Shown piece after piece: positions 23,199 to 31,822 of a DNA stretch of 32,000 nucleotides. Source of the stretch: Lacunisphaera sp. (GTDB lineage: Bacteria > Verrucomicrobiota > Verrucomicrobiia > Opitutales > Opitutaceae). Location of the stretch: contig DASZRV010000071.1 of the NCBI GenBank assembly GCA_035549095.1, positions 8,856 through 40,855 on the forward strand. The letters run 5' to 3'. Under the pieces are notes generated by a model. The model was given only the letters and a program-made list of their open reading frames with translations. It was not told the DNA's origin and did not search any database. The translations under genes and the position numbers were made by a program. Within the stretch, counting starts at the first letter, position 1. Each line of letters opens with the position of its first letter.

Positions 23199-23954
23199 AT
23201 GGCCGGCCATAACAAGTGGTCCAAAGTCAAGCGCCTCAAGGCCGTCACCGATGCGCGCAAGGGCAAGGTCTTCTCGCGTCTCGCGCGCGACATCACCATG
23301 GCGGCGAAGGCCGGCGGCGGGAATCCCGAGGGCAACGCGCGCCTACGCACGCTCCTGCTCAAGGCCCGCGAAGCCAACATGCCGGCCGACAATGTCGATC
23401 GCGCCATCAAGAAGGGCACGGGCGAGCTCCCGGGCGTCGTCTTCGAGGAACTCACGTACGAGGGCTATGGTCCGGGCGGCGTCGCGTTCATCGTCAAGGT
23501 CACCACCGACAACAAGCAGCGCACGGCCCAGGAGGTTCGCTCGAAGTTCGCCCGCTGGGGCGGCAACCTCGCGCAGACCGGCGCCGTGGCCTTCCAGTTT
23601 CTCCATGCCGGCCAGTTCCTCATTGCCAAGGAAAAGACCACCGAGGACCGGCTGATGGAGGTCGTGCTCGAGGCCGGGGCCGACGATGTCATCACCACCG
23701 ACCAAGGCTATGAGGTGCGCTGTGTGATCAACGCCTTCGACCGTGTCGCCCATGCGCTCGAGTCGGCGGGCATCAAGACGGACAGCTCCGAAATCGCCTA
23801 CATCCCGACCAACACCATCCCGATCACCAGTGTCGACCTGGCGCGCGGCCTGGTGCGGCTGCAGGAGGCGCTCGAGGAAGACGACGACGTCTCCGCCGTG
23901 TTCTCCAACGAGGAGATGGATGACGCGATCAGCGAAGCCGCCCGCGCGGGGTGA
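23199..23954 (+). CDS. yebC: YebC/PmpR-family DNA-binding regulator
   Basis: The sequence starts MAGHNKWSKVKRLKAVTDARKGKVFSRLARDITMAAKAGGGNPEGNARLR, the canonical YebC N-terminus. The protein is 251 aa. Confidence 0.95.
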   Translation: MAGHNKWSKVKRLKAVTDARKGKVFSRLARDITMAAKAGGGNPEGNARLRTLLLKAREANMPADNVDRAIKKGTGELPGVVFEELTYEGYGPGGVAFIVKVTTDNKQRTAQEVRSKFARWGGNLAQTGAVAFQFLHAGQFLIAKEKTTEDRLMEVVLEAGADDVITTDQGYEVRCVINAFDRVAHALESAGIKTDSSEIAYIPTNTIPITSVDLARGLVRLQEALEEDDDVSAVFSNEEMDDAISEAARAG

Positions 23955-24121
23955 GGCGCTCGCACAGCAGCCGGAAGTTAACTCCCGGCTGCTTGGCCAA
24001 CAATACGAACTCGAGACGTTGTGACATGAGATCAGGGGTGTGCCAGGGCATCCCCAAGTGTTACCCATGTCTCCGAACAGGTGTAACCCATGTCTCCGGT
24101 CCATACACTCGGTGCAGGTTG

Positions 24122-24217
24122 GTAGGGCGGATTATCCGTAATCCGCTGTCATCCCCCGGCGCGTTAGGGATAACGCGCCCGACCTGGATTCAGCCCGCAC
24201 GGAGTGCGGGCTCCACC
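24122..24217. repeat. Cluster of three different REP-like hairpin units
   Basis: 24122-24146 is GTAGGGCGGATTATCCGTAATCCGC. 24158-24179 is GGCGCGTTAGGGATAACGCGCC. 24189-24217 is TTCAGCCCGCACGGAGTGCGGGCTCCACC, an inverted copy of 18463-18491. Confidence 0.6.
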
Positions 24218-24225
24218 GGGTGGGC

Positions 24226-24564
24226 TCACCCCGCCGGCGCGAAATGCGCGGCCTGCTTGCTGAGGGATTTTTCCAAGCCGCCGCAGACCAGCTGGCAGAG
24301 TTTCGGGATGTTGGGATCGTTGATCCGGTAGAACACCTGCAGGCCCTCCTTGCGCCGGGCGAGGATGTCCACGCCGATCAGCGTTTGGAGGTGACGCGAA
24401 ACATTGGCCTGCGTGCCGCCGGTGGCGGCGACGAGTTCGGTCACATTCCTCTCGCCGTCGAACAGCGCCTGGATGAGCCGCAGGCGCATCGGCTCCGCCA
24501 GCACGGCAAAGCGGCGGGAGACAATCTCGAGGGCCTGGTCGTTGAGCGGAAAACTGCGCGCCAT
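24226..24564 (-). CDS. ArsR/SmtB-family transcriptional regulator (YgaV/BigR-like context)
   Basis: The 112-aa protein reads MARSFPLNDQALEIVSRRFAVLAEPMRLRLIQALFDGERNVTELVAATGGTQANVSRHLQTLIGVDILARRKEGLQVFYRI, with a canonical ArsR wHTH. Its only cysteines are the C-terminal C90-QLV-C94. The rest of track ORF 24226..24825 is antisense to the DUF2892 gene. Confidence 0.85.
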   Translation of the reverse strand: MARSFPLNDQALEIVSRRFAVLAEPMRLRLIQALFDGERNVTELVAATGGTQANVSRHLQTLIGVDILARRKEGLQVFYRINDPNIPKLCQLVCGGLEKSLSKQAAHFAPAG

Positions 24565-24598
24565 GGCCTGCCACCAAAACGCCGCTTGACACGATGGC

Positions 24599-24626
24599 AA
24601 GTATATAATCATATGCGCATATACTT
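24599..24626. promoter_or_regulatory. AT-rich nested palindrome, candidate ArsR operator in the divergent promoter
   Basis: AAGTATAT at 24599-24606 pairs with ATATACTT at 24619-24626. The pair encloses the perfect 12-bp palindrome ATATGCGCATAT at 24611-24622. The site ends 2 nt before the DUF2892 ATG. Confidence 0.55.
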
Positions 24627-24628
24627 TT

Positions 24629-24847
24629 ATGAAAATCGACTCCTTCATCCGCGTCCTCGCCGGCTCCATGGTGCTCCTCAGCGTCCTCCTGGTGTACTTC
24701 GTCAGCCCGTGGTGGCTTCTCCTCACCTGCTTTGTCGGGCTGAACCTGATCCAGTCGGCCTTCACCGGGTTCTGTCCGCCGTCCATCGTATTGCGAAAGC
24801 TCGGCTGGCTCGACGAGGCTGGCACGATTCATTGGGGCGGCCGCTGA
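24629..24847 (+). CDS. DUF2892 (YgaP membrane-domain-like) small membrane protein
   Basis: The 72-aa ORF reads MKIDSFIRVLAGSMVLLSVLL...WWLLLTCFVGLNLIQSAFTGFCPPSIVLRKLG. It has two TM helices and the G.CP motif typical of the family. Confidence 0.75.
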   Translation: MKIDSFIRVLAGSMVLLSVLLVYFVSPWWLLLTCFVGLNLIQSAFTGFCPPSIVLRKLGWLDEAGTIHWGGR

Positions 24848-25869
24848 TGAGCATCCGGTCCGCTTTCTTTGTCCTCGCGGTCGTCCTGCTGGCGGCCGTC
24901 GGCTGCCGCCGCGCACCATCGGAAACCGTTCGCGAGGCTGTGCCGGCGTTGCCGGTGCGCGTCGCGGTGGTGACCGCCGGTTCCGTACCGTTGCTGGTCG
25001 AGGCACCGGCCACGGTCCGCCCCGCCGAACGCGCCAGTCTCGCCCCGAAACTCACCGGGACGGTCGCCTCCTTTCCCCTTGGCTTAGGCGCCGCGGTTCA
25101 CGCCGGCGAGGTCTTGGTCACTCTCAATGTCCCCGAGGTGGACGCGCGGGCGCGGCAGGCCCAGGCCCAGCTCGCCGAGGCGGAGCGCAACGCCGACCGC
25201 GCCCGGACACTGGTCGGCAAAGGCGTCAATCCGCCCGACAGCTTGAAAGAGGCGGAGGACCGGCTCCGCTATGCCCAGGCCCAAGTCGCCGAAGCTGAGG
25301 CCATGCTGGCGTACGCCAATGTGCGGGCGCCGTTCGATGGCGTCATCACCGAGAAGAATGTGCTGCCCGGCGACCTCGCCACGCCCGGTGTTCCCCTGCT
25401 GGTGCTCGAGGCTACCCAGCGGCTCCGCGCCGAGGGCGCTGTGCCGGAAAAAGCCGCGGCCGGCCTGCATCCCGGTGACAGTGTCCAGGTTCTCCTGCAG
25501 GACGGCGCTCCTGCCATCGCCGCCCGGATCGAGGAGATTTCCGCTGCGGCGGACGCTGTGAGCCGCTCCGTCCTGGTGAAGGCCGCCTTGCCCGCCGGCG
25601 CCGCGCGTTCCGGCCAGTTTGCCCGCCTGCAAGTCGCCAACGGCTCCGCCAAGGCGCTGTGGGTGCCGGCGTCCGCCGTGACCCTGTTCGGCCAGATGGA
25701 ACGCGTCTTCGTCGTGCACGACGGGTCCGCCGGCCTGCGGCTCGTCAAGACCGGCGGCACCCGTGGCGAGCAGGTTGAAATCCTCTCCGGCCTCAATCCC
25801 GGCGAACAGGTCGTGCTGGCGCCCCCGGCGGCCCTGCGCGATGGCCAGCCGGTTTCCATCCTGCCATGA
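24847..25869 (+). CDS. RND efflux periplasmic adaptor (MFP/HlyD family) lipoprotein
   Basis: [20 protein letters not shown] is a lipobox. A coiled-coil hairpin ([16 protein letters not shown]...[14 protein letters not shown]) is followed by [18 protein letters not shown]. The start overlaps the DUF2892 stop (TGATG). The upstream 209 codons of the track ORF are an artefact. Confidence 0.85.
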   Translation: MSIRSAFFVLAVVLLAAVGCRRAPSETVREAVPALPVRVAVVTAGSVPLLVEAPATVRPAERASLAPKLTGTVASFPLGLGAAVHAGEVLVTLNVPEVDARARQAQAQLAEAERNADRARTLVGKGVNPPDSLKEAEDRLRYAQAQVAEAEAMLAYANVRAPFDGVITEKNVLPGDLATPGVPLLVLEATQRLRAEGAVPEKAAAGLHPGDSVQVLLQDGAPAIAARIEEISAAADAVSRSVLVKAALPAGAARSGQFARLQVANGSAKALWVPASAVTLFGQMERVFVVHDGSAGLRLVKTGGTRGEQVEILSGLNPGEQVVLAPPAALRDGQPVSILP

Positions 25870-28800
25870 CCGGCGTGCCCGACGGTCCTCGCCGGGGATT
25901 CGCCGGCCGCCTGGCCGATGCATTCACCGACTCGCGCCTGACGCCGCTGGCGGTCGTCGCATCGCTGCTGCTCGGCCTCTTCGCCGTCCTTATGCTGCCG
26001 CGCGAAGAAGAGCCGCAGATCAAGGTGCCGATGATCGACGTCCTCGTGGCCATGCCCGGCGCGACCGCGCATGAAGTCGAGAACCGCGTCACCCGCCCGA
26101 TGGAAAAACTGCTGTGGGAAATTCCTGGCGTCGAGTACCTCTACTCCACCTCGAGCCCGGGCCGTTCGCTGGTCATCGTGCGCTTCCGGGTCGGTTCCGA
26201 CCTCGAACAAAGCCTGGTTCGACTCAACCAGAAGCTGCAGGCCAACTACGATCGCATCCCGCCGGGCGTGAGTGCGCCGCTGGTGAAGCCACGGACAATC
26301 GACGACGTGCCGGTCGCGGCGCTCACGTTGCACAGCCGGGTCTACGACCATTTCGAACTCCGACGGCTGGCCGCGCAGCTCGATGACGCGATCAAGGCCC
26401 TGCCCGAGGTCGCGGAGACCACCCTCATCGGTGGCGTCCGACGGCAGCTGCGCGTGCAGGTCGATCCGGTGAAGCTCGCGTCGCGACAGCTCACCCTCGA
26501 CGACCTCGCCGCCGCCTTGCGCGCCGCCAATGCCCGCAGCCAGGATGGCGCGCTGGCCACCGTCAACCGCGACGTGCTGATCGAGACCGGCGGATTCCTC
26601 CGCGATGCGGCCGATGCCGCCAACCTCGTGCTCGGGGTCTGGCAATCGCGCCCCATCTACCTGCGCGACGTCGCCGCCGTCGTCGACGGACCCGCCGAGC
26701 CCGCCGACTACGTTTTGTTCGGCGTGGGATACGCCGAACCCAACGCGTCGGCCGAGAAACGCGGTGAGGTCACCGCGTTCGACCAAGAGGAAGCCGCCGT
26801 GACGCTCACCGTTGCGAAGCGACCCGGCGCCAATGCCGTGGCCGTGGTCCGCGCCGTGCGCGACACCGTCGGGCGGCTGCGCGGCGTCCTCCTGCCGCCC
26901 GAGGTGGCGGTCACGTTCACCCGCGACTATGGCGCCACCGCGAGCGAGAAGTCCAACGAACTGCTGCTGCACATGGGCATCGCGGTCTTTGGCGTGGCCC
27001 TGCTCATCCTCTTCTTCCTCGGCTGGCGCGAATCGCTGGTCGTGCTGCTCGCGATCCCGGTGACCCTCGGGCTCACGCTGCTCGTTTTCTATTTGTATGG
27101 CTACACGCTCAATCGCATCACGCTCTTCGCGCTGATCTTCTCGATCGGCATCCTGGTCGACGATGCGATCGTCGTGGTGGAAAACATTGTGCGACACCGC
27201 CGGCTGCCGTCGGCCTGCGGTCGGCCACTCCATGAAATCGCGGTCGAAGCCGTCAACGAAGTCGGCAATCCCACCGTGCTGGCGACGTGGGCGGTGATCG
27301 CCGCTGTCCTGCCCATGGCCTTCGTCGGCGGTCTCATGGGCCCCTACATGCGCCCAATCCCGATCGGCGCCAGCGCCGCGATGCTGTTCTCACTCGTGGT
27401 CGCGTTCACGGTTACGCCGTGGGCGGCGGTGCGGGTGCTGGGCCGGCACCTGGCACCGGTCAGCCGCGGGCATGATGCGGAACTGCATGACCGGGAGCCG
27501 GACACCTTCTTCACCCGCCTCTACCATCGCATCATGGACCCGATGATCGCGCACGCCCGCTGGCGCTGGGGCTTTCTCGGGCTCGTGGCTGTGCTCCTGG
27601 CCGGGGCGGTCGCGCTCGTCGGGATTGGCGCGGTGAAGATCAAGATACTGCCGTTCGACAACAAGTCCGAGTTCCAGGTGATTCTCGACCTGCCGGAGGG
27701 CGCCACGCTGGAGGACACGACCCGCGTCGCCCGTGAACTCGCCGCCGCCATCCGCACCGAGCCCGAGGTGCGCGACTACCAGGTGTATGCCGGCACCGCG
27801 TCGCCGTTTAATTTCAATGGCCTCGTGCGCCACTATTTCCTGCGTCATGGCAGCAACGTTGCCGACCTGCAGGTGAACCTGCGCCCGAAAGAAGAGCGCG
27901 CGGCGCAGAGCCACGACATCGCGGTTCGCGTCCGCCCGCGGCTCGCCGCCATCGCGGCCAAATACGATGCGACCCTCGCCGTTGCCGAGGTGCCCCCGGG
28001 CCCGCCGGTGCTGCAGACGCTGGTCGGCGAGATCTATGGTCCCACCGAGGAGGCACGGCTTGCGCTGGCCCGCCGGATCAAGCACCTCTTCGAAACGACG
28101 GCCGGCGTAGTGGACGTCGACTGGTATGTCGAGGAGCAGCAACCGACCGTACACCTGCGCATCGACCGCACGAAGGCGGCGCTCCACGGCATCAGTGTGG
28201 AGACCATCGCCCGGACGATCCGCACGGCCGTCAACGGCGCCAAGGTCGACCTGCTGCACCAGCCACGCGAACGCGAGGACGTGGACCTCATGCTCGAACT
28301 CCCACGGGCGCTGCGCTCGCGTCCCGAAGACCTGCTCGCGCTACAGCTGCGGTCCGACCACGACGATATCATCCGGGCAGGCGAGCGCCCGGTGGTGCCA
28401 CTCGGTGAACTGGTCACGCTCGAACGCACCGTCGGCGAACGGAATCTCTACCGCAAAAACCTGCATCCCGTCGTTTATGTGACGGGCGACGTCGCCGGCG
28501 CGGTCGCGAGCCCCGCCTACGCGCTGTTGGCGATGAACCGCGAAGTCGCGGGCCTCGATGGCCGCGACTTCGGGGGCACGCGCCGCGACATTGCGTTGTA
28601 CCATCTCCACCAGCCGGACAGCGACCTCGAGCCGGCGCTCAAATGGGATGGCGAGTGGCACGTGACCCTCGAGGTGTTCCGCGATCTCGGCCTGGCGTTC
28701 GCCGCCGTGTGCATCCTGATCTACATGCTCATGGTTGGCTGGTTCAAAAGCTACGTCACGCCGTTCATCATCATGATCGTGATTCCCCTCTCCCTGATCG

Positions 28801-29201
28801 GAATCCTGCCGGCGCACGCGTTGCTCGGGGCGTTCTTCACCGCCACCTCGATGATCGGATTCATGGCCGGCGCGGGCATTGTCGTGCGCAATTCGATCAT
28901 CCTGGTCGACTTCATTGAGCTGCGCCGCGCACAAGGGCTGCCCCTCGCCGCGGCCGTGGTCGAGGCGGGCGCGGTGCGCTTTCGCCCGATGTTGTTGACG
29001 GCGCTCGCGGTCATCGTCGGCGCCTCGGTCATCCTCGCCGATCCTATTTTCCAGGGCCTGGCGCTTTCGTTAATGGCGGGAGAGGTAGCGTCGCTGCTCA
29101 TCAGCCGGTTCGCGGTGCCGATGCTCTATTTCATGGTCAATGTCCGGCACGCCGCGCCCGCAGGCGCGGCCGGCAACGAGGCCTGCGTTTCCCCTTCATG
29201 A
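25866..29201 (+). CDS. RND efflux transporter permease (AcrB/HAE-like)
   Basis: The 1111-aa ORF has a 12-TM architecture. The TM4 motif is [19 protein letters not shown] (DD pair as in AcrB). There is an ATGA overlap with the adaptor gene. Confidence 0.95.
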   Translation: MTGVPDGPRRGFAGRLADAFTDSRLTPLAVVASLLLGLFAVLMLPREEEPQIKVPMIDVLVAMPGATAHEVENRVTRPMEKLLWEIPGVEYLYSTSSPGRSLVIVRFRVGSDLEQSLVRLNQKLQANYDRIPPGVSAPLVKPRTIDDVPVAALTLHSRVYDHFELRRLAAQLDDAIKALPEVAETTLIGGVRRQLRVQVDPVKLASRQLTLDDLAAALRAANARSQDGALATVNRDVLIETGGFLRDAADAANLVLGVWQSRPIYLRDVAAVVDGPAEPADYVLFGVGYAEPNASAEKRGEVTAFDQEEAAVTLTVAKRPGANAVAVVRAVRDTVGRLRGVLLPPEVAVTFTRDYGATASEKSNELLLHMGIAVFGVALLILFFLGWRESLVVLLAIPVTLGLTLLVFYLYGYTLNRITLFALIFSIGILVDDAIVVVENIVRHRRLPSACGRPLHEIAVEAVNEVGNPTVLATWAVIAAVLPMAFVGGLMGPYMRPIPIGASAAMLFSLVVAFTVTPWAAVRVLGRHLAPVSRGHDAELHDREPDTFFTRLYHRIMDPMIAHARWRWGFLGLVAVLLAGAVALVGIGAVKIKILPFDNKSEFQVILDLPEGATLEDTTRVARELAAAIRTEPEVRDYQVYAGTASPFNFNGLVRHYFLRHGSNVADLQVNLRPKEERAAQSHDIAVRVRPRLAAIAAKYDATLAVAEVPPGPPVLQTLVGEIYGPTEEARLALARRIKHLFETTAGVVDVDWYVEEQQPTVHLRIDRTKAALHGISVETIARTIRTAVNGAKVDLLHQPREREDVDLMLELPRALRSRPEDLLALQLRSDHDDIIRAGERPVVPLGELVTLERTVGERNLYRKNLHPVVYVTGDVAGAVASPAYALLAMNREVAGLDGRDFGGTRRDIALYHLHQPDSDLEPALKWDGEWHVTLEVFRDLGLAFAAVCILIYMLMVGWFKSYVTPFIIMIVIPLSLIGILPAHALLGAFFTATSMIGFMAGAGIVVRNSIILVDFIELRRAQGLPLAAAVVEAGAVRFRPMLLTALAVIVGASVILADPIFQGLALSLMAGEVASLLISRFAVPMLYFMVNVRHAAPAGAAGNEACVSPS

Positions 29202-29581
29202 GACCTATGCAACTCCTCAAATCCCTGTTCACCTCCGCGCCGCGCGTGTCGCCGGCCGACTGCGCCCATCGCGTCCGCTCCGGTGAGGCCGTCCTCATCG
29301 ACGTCCGCGAGCCCGGCGAATGGTCGGCCGGCGTCGCGCAACACGCGCAGCTCCTCCCGTTGAGCGATCTCACGGGTGCCCGCCACCACTGGCGTCCCTT
29401 CCTGGCCGAGGCGAAGGATCGCGATATCTTCCTGTACTGCGCCTCGGGTGCCCGTTCCGGGATGGCCGCGCGGGTGCTCGTCGCCGAGGGCGTTCGCGCC
29501 GCCAACACCGGCGGGCTGGCCGAATGGCTCGATGCCGGCTGGCCGGTCGCCCAGCCCTCGCCACGCACGCGGGTGCGGTGA
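29198..29581 (+). CDS. Single-domain rhodanese (sulfurtransferase)
   Basis: The sequence contains [13 protein letters not shown]...A..LPLS, and the active-site loop is [13 protein letters not shown] (C-x2-G-x-R-S). There is an ATGA overlap with the RND stop. An alternative ATG lies at 29207. Confidence 0.85.
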   Translation: MRPMQLLKSLFTSAPRVSPADCAHRVRSGEAVLIDVREPGEWSAGVAQHAQLLPLSDLTGARHHWRPFLAEAKDRDIFLYCASGARSGMAARVLVAEGVRAANTGGLAEWLDAGWPVAQPSPRTRVR

Positions 29582-29616
29582 TCCTGCCTCGCTCTCCCAA
29601 CCCCAATACGTCTCCC

Positions 29617-29817
29617 ATGAAACCCAACATCGGATCCGTTGATCGCGTCCTCCGTGTCATCGTCGGCCTCGGTCTTCTCGGCGCCGGCTGGTACTTCAAA
29701 TCCTGGTGGGGCCTCATCGGCCTCCTGCCGCTGCTCACCGCCGTCATCCGCTTCTGCCCGGCCTACGTGCCGTTCGGCGTGAACACGTGCGGCACTCCGC
29801 CTGCGCCGAAGGAGTGA
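29617..29817 (+). CDS. DUF2892 (YgaP membrane-domain-like) small membrane protein, second copy
   Basis: The 66-aa ORF reads MKPNIGSVDRVLRVIVGLGLLGAGWYFKSWWGLIGLLPLLTAVIRFCPAYVPFGVNTC. It has the N.G..DR..R..G signature and the CP motif. Confidence 0.75.
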   Translation: MKPNIGSVDRVLRVIVGLGLLGAGWYFKSWWGLIGLLPLLTAVIRFCPAYVPFGVNTCGTPPAPKE

Positions 29818-29930
29818 TCCACCGCGATCCCGGTGCGGCCGTGCGCGGCCGGAACGTCACCGTTTATCCACCTCGCAATAACGAGCGATGCAGCGCCCGG
29901 TCACGCAATCCAGTGCGTCGGATCGGGCAA

Positions 29931-29998
29931 GATACTTATGCTGCACATGCGCATAATTCGATTTACTAATTGAGAAGGCCGCGGGATAGAATCCCGTC
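29931..29998. promoter_or_regulatory. AT-rich putative promoter/operator region upstream of the nuoEF-like gene
   Basis: This is a local AT-rich patch. The imperfect palindrome TTATGC-N9-GCATAA contains ACATGCGCATAA at 29945-29956. A small hairpin CGGGAT-AGA-ATCCCG at 29982-29996 abuts the ATG. I did not resolve confident -35/-10 boxes. Confidence 0.35.
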
Positions 29999-31807
29999 AT
30001 GAGACAGCCACTCGGAGTGGCCGTGAAGGAAATCTGCGAGCGCTACGGTTGCGACCGGTCGCGGATGATGGACATCGTGATCGCGGTGCAGCGGGAGTTC
30101 GGGTGTGTTTCGGCCGAGGCGATGGAGGTCATCGCCCGTGCGGTGAATTCGCACCCCGTGGAGGTGGAGAGCGTCGTCACATTCTATTCGTTCTTTTCGG
30201 TCAAGCCCACGGGCCGCGTCACCATCCGCCTGTGCCGGGACGTCGTGGACTGGATGAAGGGCTACGAGGACGTCGCCGACGCGGTCGCGAAGGAACTCGG
30301 CGTGACGATGGGCGAAACTACATCCGACGGGGCCATCACGCTGACGCACACACCCTGCATCGGCATGAGCGACCAGGCGCCGGCGGCGCTCGTGAACGAC
30401 GTCGTCGTCACCAATCTCTGCCCCGACCGCGCGCGCCAGATGGTGCGCGACCTGCGGCGCCACCTCGATCCGCGCCAACTCATCAGCCTGGTGGGCGATG
30501 GCAACAATGCGCACCCGCTCGTGCGGGCGATGGTGCGCAACAACATCCGCCGCCGCGGCCCGGTGCACTTGAACGGGTTCGAGTCCGGCGGCGCGCTGCG
30601 CCGCAGCCTCGAACGGACGCCGGAGGCCGTCATCGCCGAAATCCGCGCCTCGCGGCTGCGCGGACGCGGCGGCGCGGGCTTCGCCACGGGACAGAAGTGG
30701 GAGTTCGCCCGCAACGCGCCCGGCGACCGGAAATTCGTGCTCTGCAATGCCGACGAGGGCGAACCCGGCACGTTCAAGGATCGCGTGCTGCTCACCGAAT
30801 GCCCGGACCAGGTGTTCGAGGGCATGACGGTCGCCGGCTACGCCCTCGGCAGCGAGTCGGGCATCCTCTATCTGCGCGGAGAATATGCATATCTGCGCGC
30901 GTTCCTGGAGAGTGTGCTGGCGGACCGCCGGCAGCGGGGTTTGCTGGGTCAGAACATCCTGGGACGGCCGGGGTTTGCGTTCGACATCCGCATCCAGCTC
31001 GGCGCCGGCGCCTATGTGTGCGGCGAGGAAACCGCCTTGATCAGCTCGTGCGAGGGCCTGCGCGGCGATCCGAAGAACCGGCCGCCGTTTCCCGCGCAAA
31101 AGGGTTACCTGGGCTGCCCGACCATCGTAAACAACGTCGAGACCTTCAGCGCGGTCTCGCGCATCATGGAGCGGGGAGCGGAGTGGTTCGCCGCGATGGG
31201 CTCGGAGCGCACCACGGGCACGAAGCTCCTCTCGATCTGCGGCGACTGCCGCAAGCCCGGCGTGTACGAGGTGCCGTTCGGGATCACGGCGCGCGAGCTG
31301 CTGGAACTGGCGGAGGCGGACAATCCCGGCTCGATGCTCATCGGCGGACCGTGCCGCCAGATGATCGGTCCCGAGCGCTTCGGCGGCCAGATCTGCTACG
31401 ACGACCTCGCCACCGGCGGCGCGATCCTGATCTTCAACCGCGCCCGCGACAAACTGGAGATCGCGGAGCACTACCTGGATTTCTTCATCGAGGAGAGCTG
31501 CGGGCACTGCACGCCGTGTCGCGTCGGGCTCGTGCTGCTCAAACAGGCGGTGCACAAGGTCGTGAGCGGCGCGGGCGAGCCCGCCGACCTCGATTACATG
31601 CGGCGCCTCGCGCACACCATCGGGCAAACGAGCCGCTGCGGGCTCGGGCAGGCCGCGCCCAACCCCGTGCTCGGCGCGCTGCAGACGTTCCATGCCTACG
31701 CCGACATGGTGGGCGAACGCCGGTCCGGGCTGCTCTCGACGTTCGATCTCGCGAAGGCGGTCGTCGACGCCGAACTGAGCACCGGGCGCATGTCGCATTA
31801 CGTCTGA
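29999..31807 (+). CDS. NuoE-like/NuoF-like fusion: NAD(P)H-binding FMN/[4Fe-4S] diaphorase subunit (hydrogenase/formate-dehydrogenase/complex-I type)
   Basis: The 602-aa ORF has an N-terminal thioredoxin-like NuoE domain. After it come GRGGAGFATGQKWEF (FMN), CNADEGEPGTFKDR and ESCGHCTPCRVG...RCGLGQAAPNP (N3-type 4Fe-4S). Confidence 0.9.
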   Translation: MRQPLGVAVKEICERYGCDRSRMMDIVIAVQREFGCVSAEAMEVIARAVNSHPVEVESVVTFYSFFSVKPTGRVTIRLCRDVVDWMKGYEDVADAVAKELGVTMGETTSDGAITLTHTPCIGMSDQAPAALVNDVVVTNLCPDRARQMVRDLRRHLDPRQLISLVGDGNNAHPLVRAMVRNNIRRRGPVHLNGFESGGALRRSLERTPEAVIAEIRASRLRGRGGAGFATGQKWEFARNAPGDRKFVLCNADEGEPGTFKDRVLLTECPDQVFEGMTVAGYALGSESGILYLRGEYAYLRAFLESVLADRRQRGLLGQNILGRPGFAFDIRIQLGAGAYVCGEETALISSCEGLRGDPKNRPPFPAQKGYLGCPTIVNNVETFSAVSRIMERGAEWFAAMGSERTTGTKLLSICGDCRKPGVYEVPFGITARELLELAEADNPGSMLIGGPCRQMIGPERFGGQICYDDLATGGAILIFNRARDKLEIAEHYLDFFIEESCGHCTPCRVGLVLLKQAVHKVVSGAGEPADLDYMRRLAHTIGQTSRCGLGQAAPNPVLGALQTFHAYADMVGERRSGLLSTFDLAKAVVDAELSTGRMSHYV

Positions 31808-31822
31808 ACCGGAGGCCGCCCG

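Noticed and set aside
21335-23455. A 706-aa minus ORF. Similar long antisense ORFs occur at 25269..27233, 29966..31798, 13031..14473, 14289..15401, 4325..5641, 2525..3439 and 11095..12024(+).
   Set aside because: Each is the mirror frame of a gene with strong family motifs (yidC, the RND pump, nuoEF-like, GCS2, the M29 peptidase, cysI, cbiX, the esterase). Their compositions are dominated by Arg/Gly/Asp/His runs. They have no independent support.
24586-24609. TTGACA (24586-24591) and TATAAT (24604-24609), considered as a canonical sigma-70 promoter for the efflux operon.
   Set aside because: The spacer is only 12 nt, far from the 16-18 nt optimum, so the pair cannot function as a standard -35/-10. 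I report the region only as an operator/promoter candidate.
24220-24846. An upstream 209-codon extension of the RND adaptor ORF (track 24220..25869).
   Set aside because: It runs antisense through the ArsR gene and out of frame through the DUF2892 gene. The ATG at 24847 is followed immediately by a lipoprotein signal peptide (LLAAVGC), which marks the true start.
29864-29872. TTATCCACC, a near-consensus DnaA box. More generally, I considered an oriC near the rpmH-yidC cluster.
   Set aside because: It is a single isolated box with one mismatch, inside an ordinary intergenic region. There is no cluster of boxes, no AT-rich unwinding element and no dnaA gene in the window.
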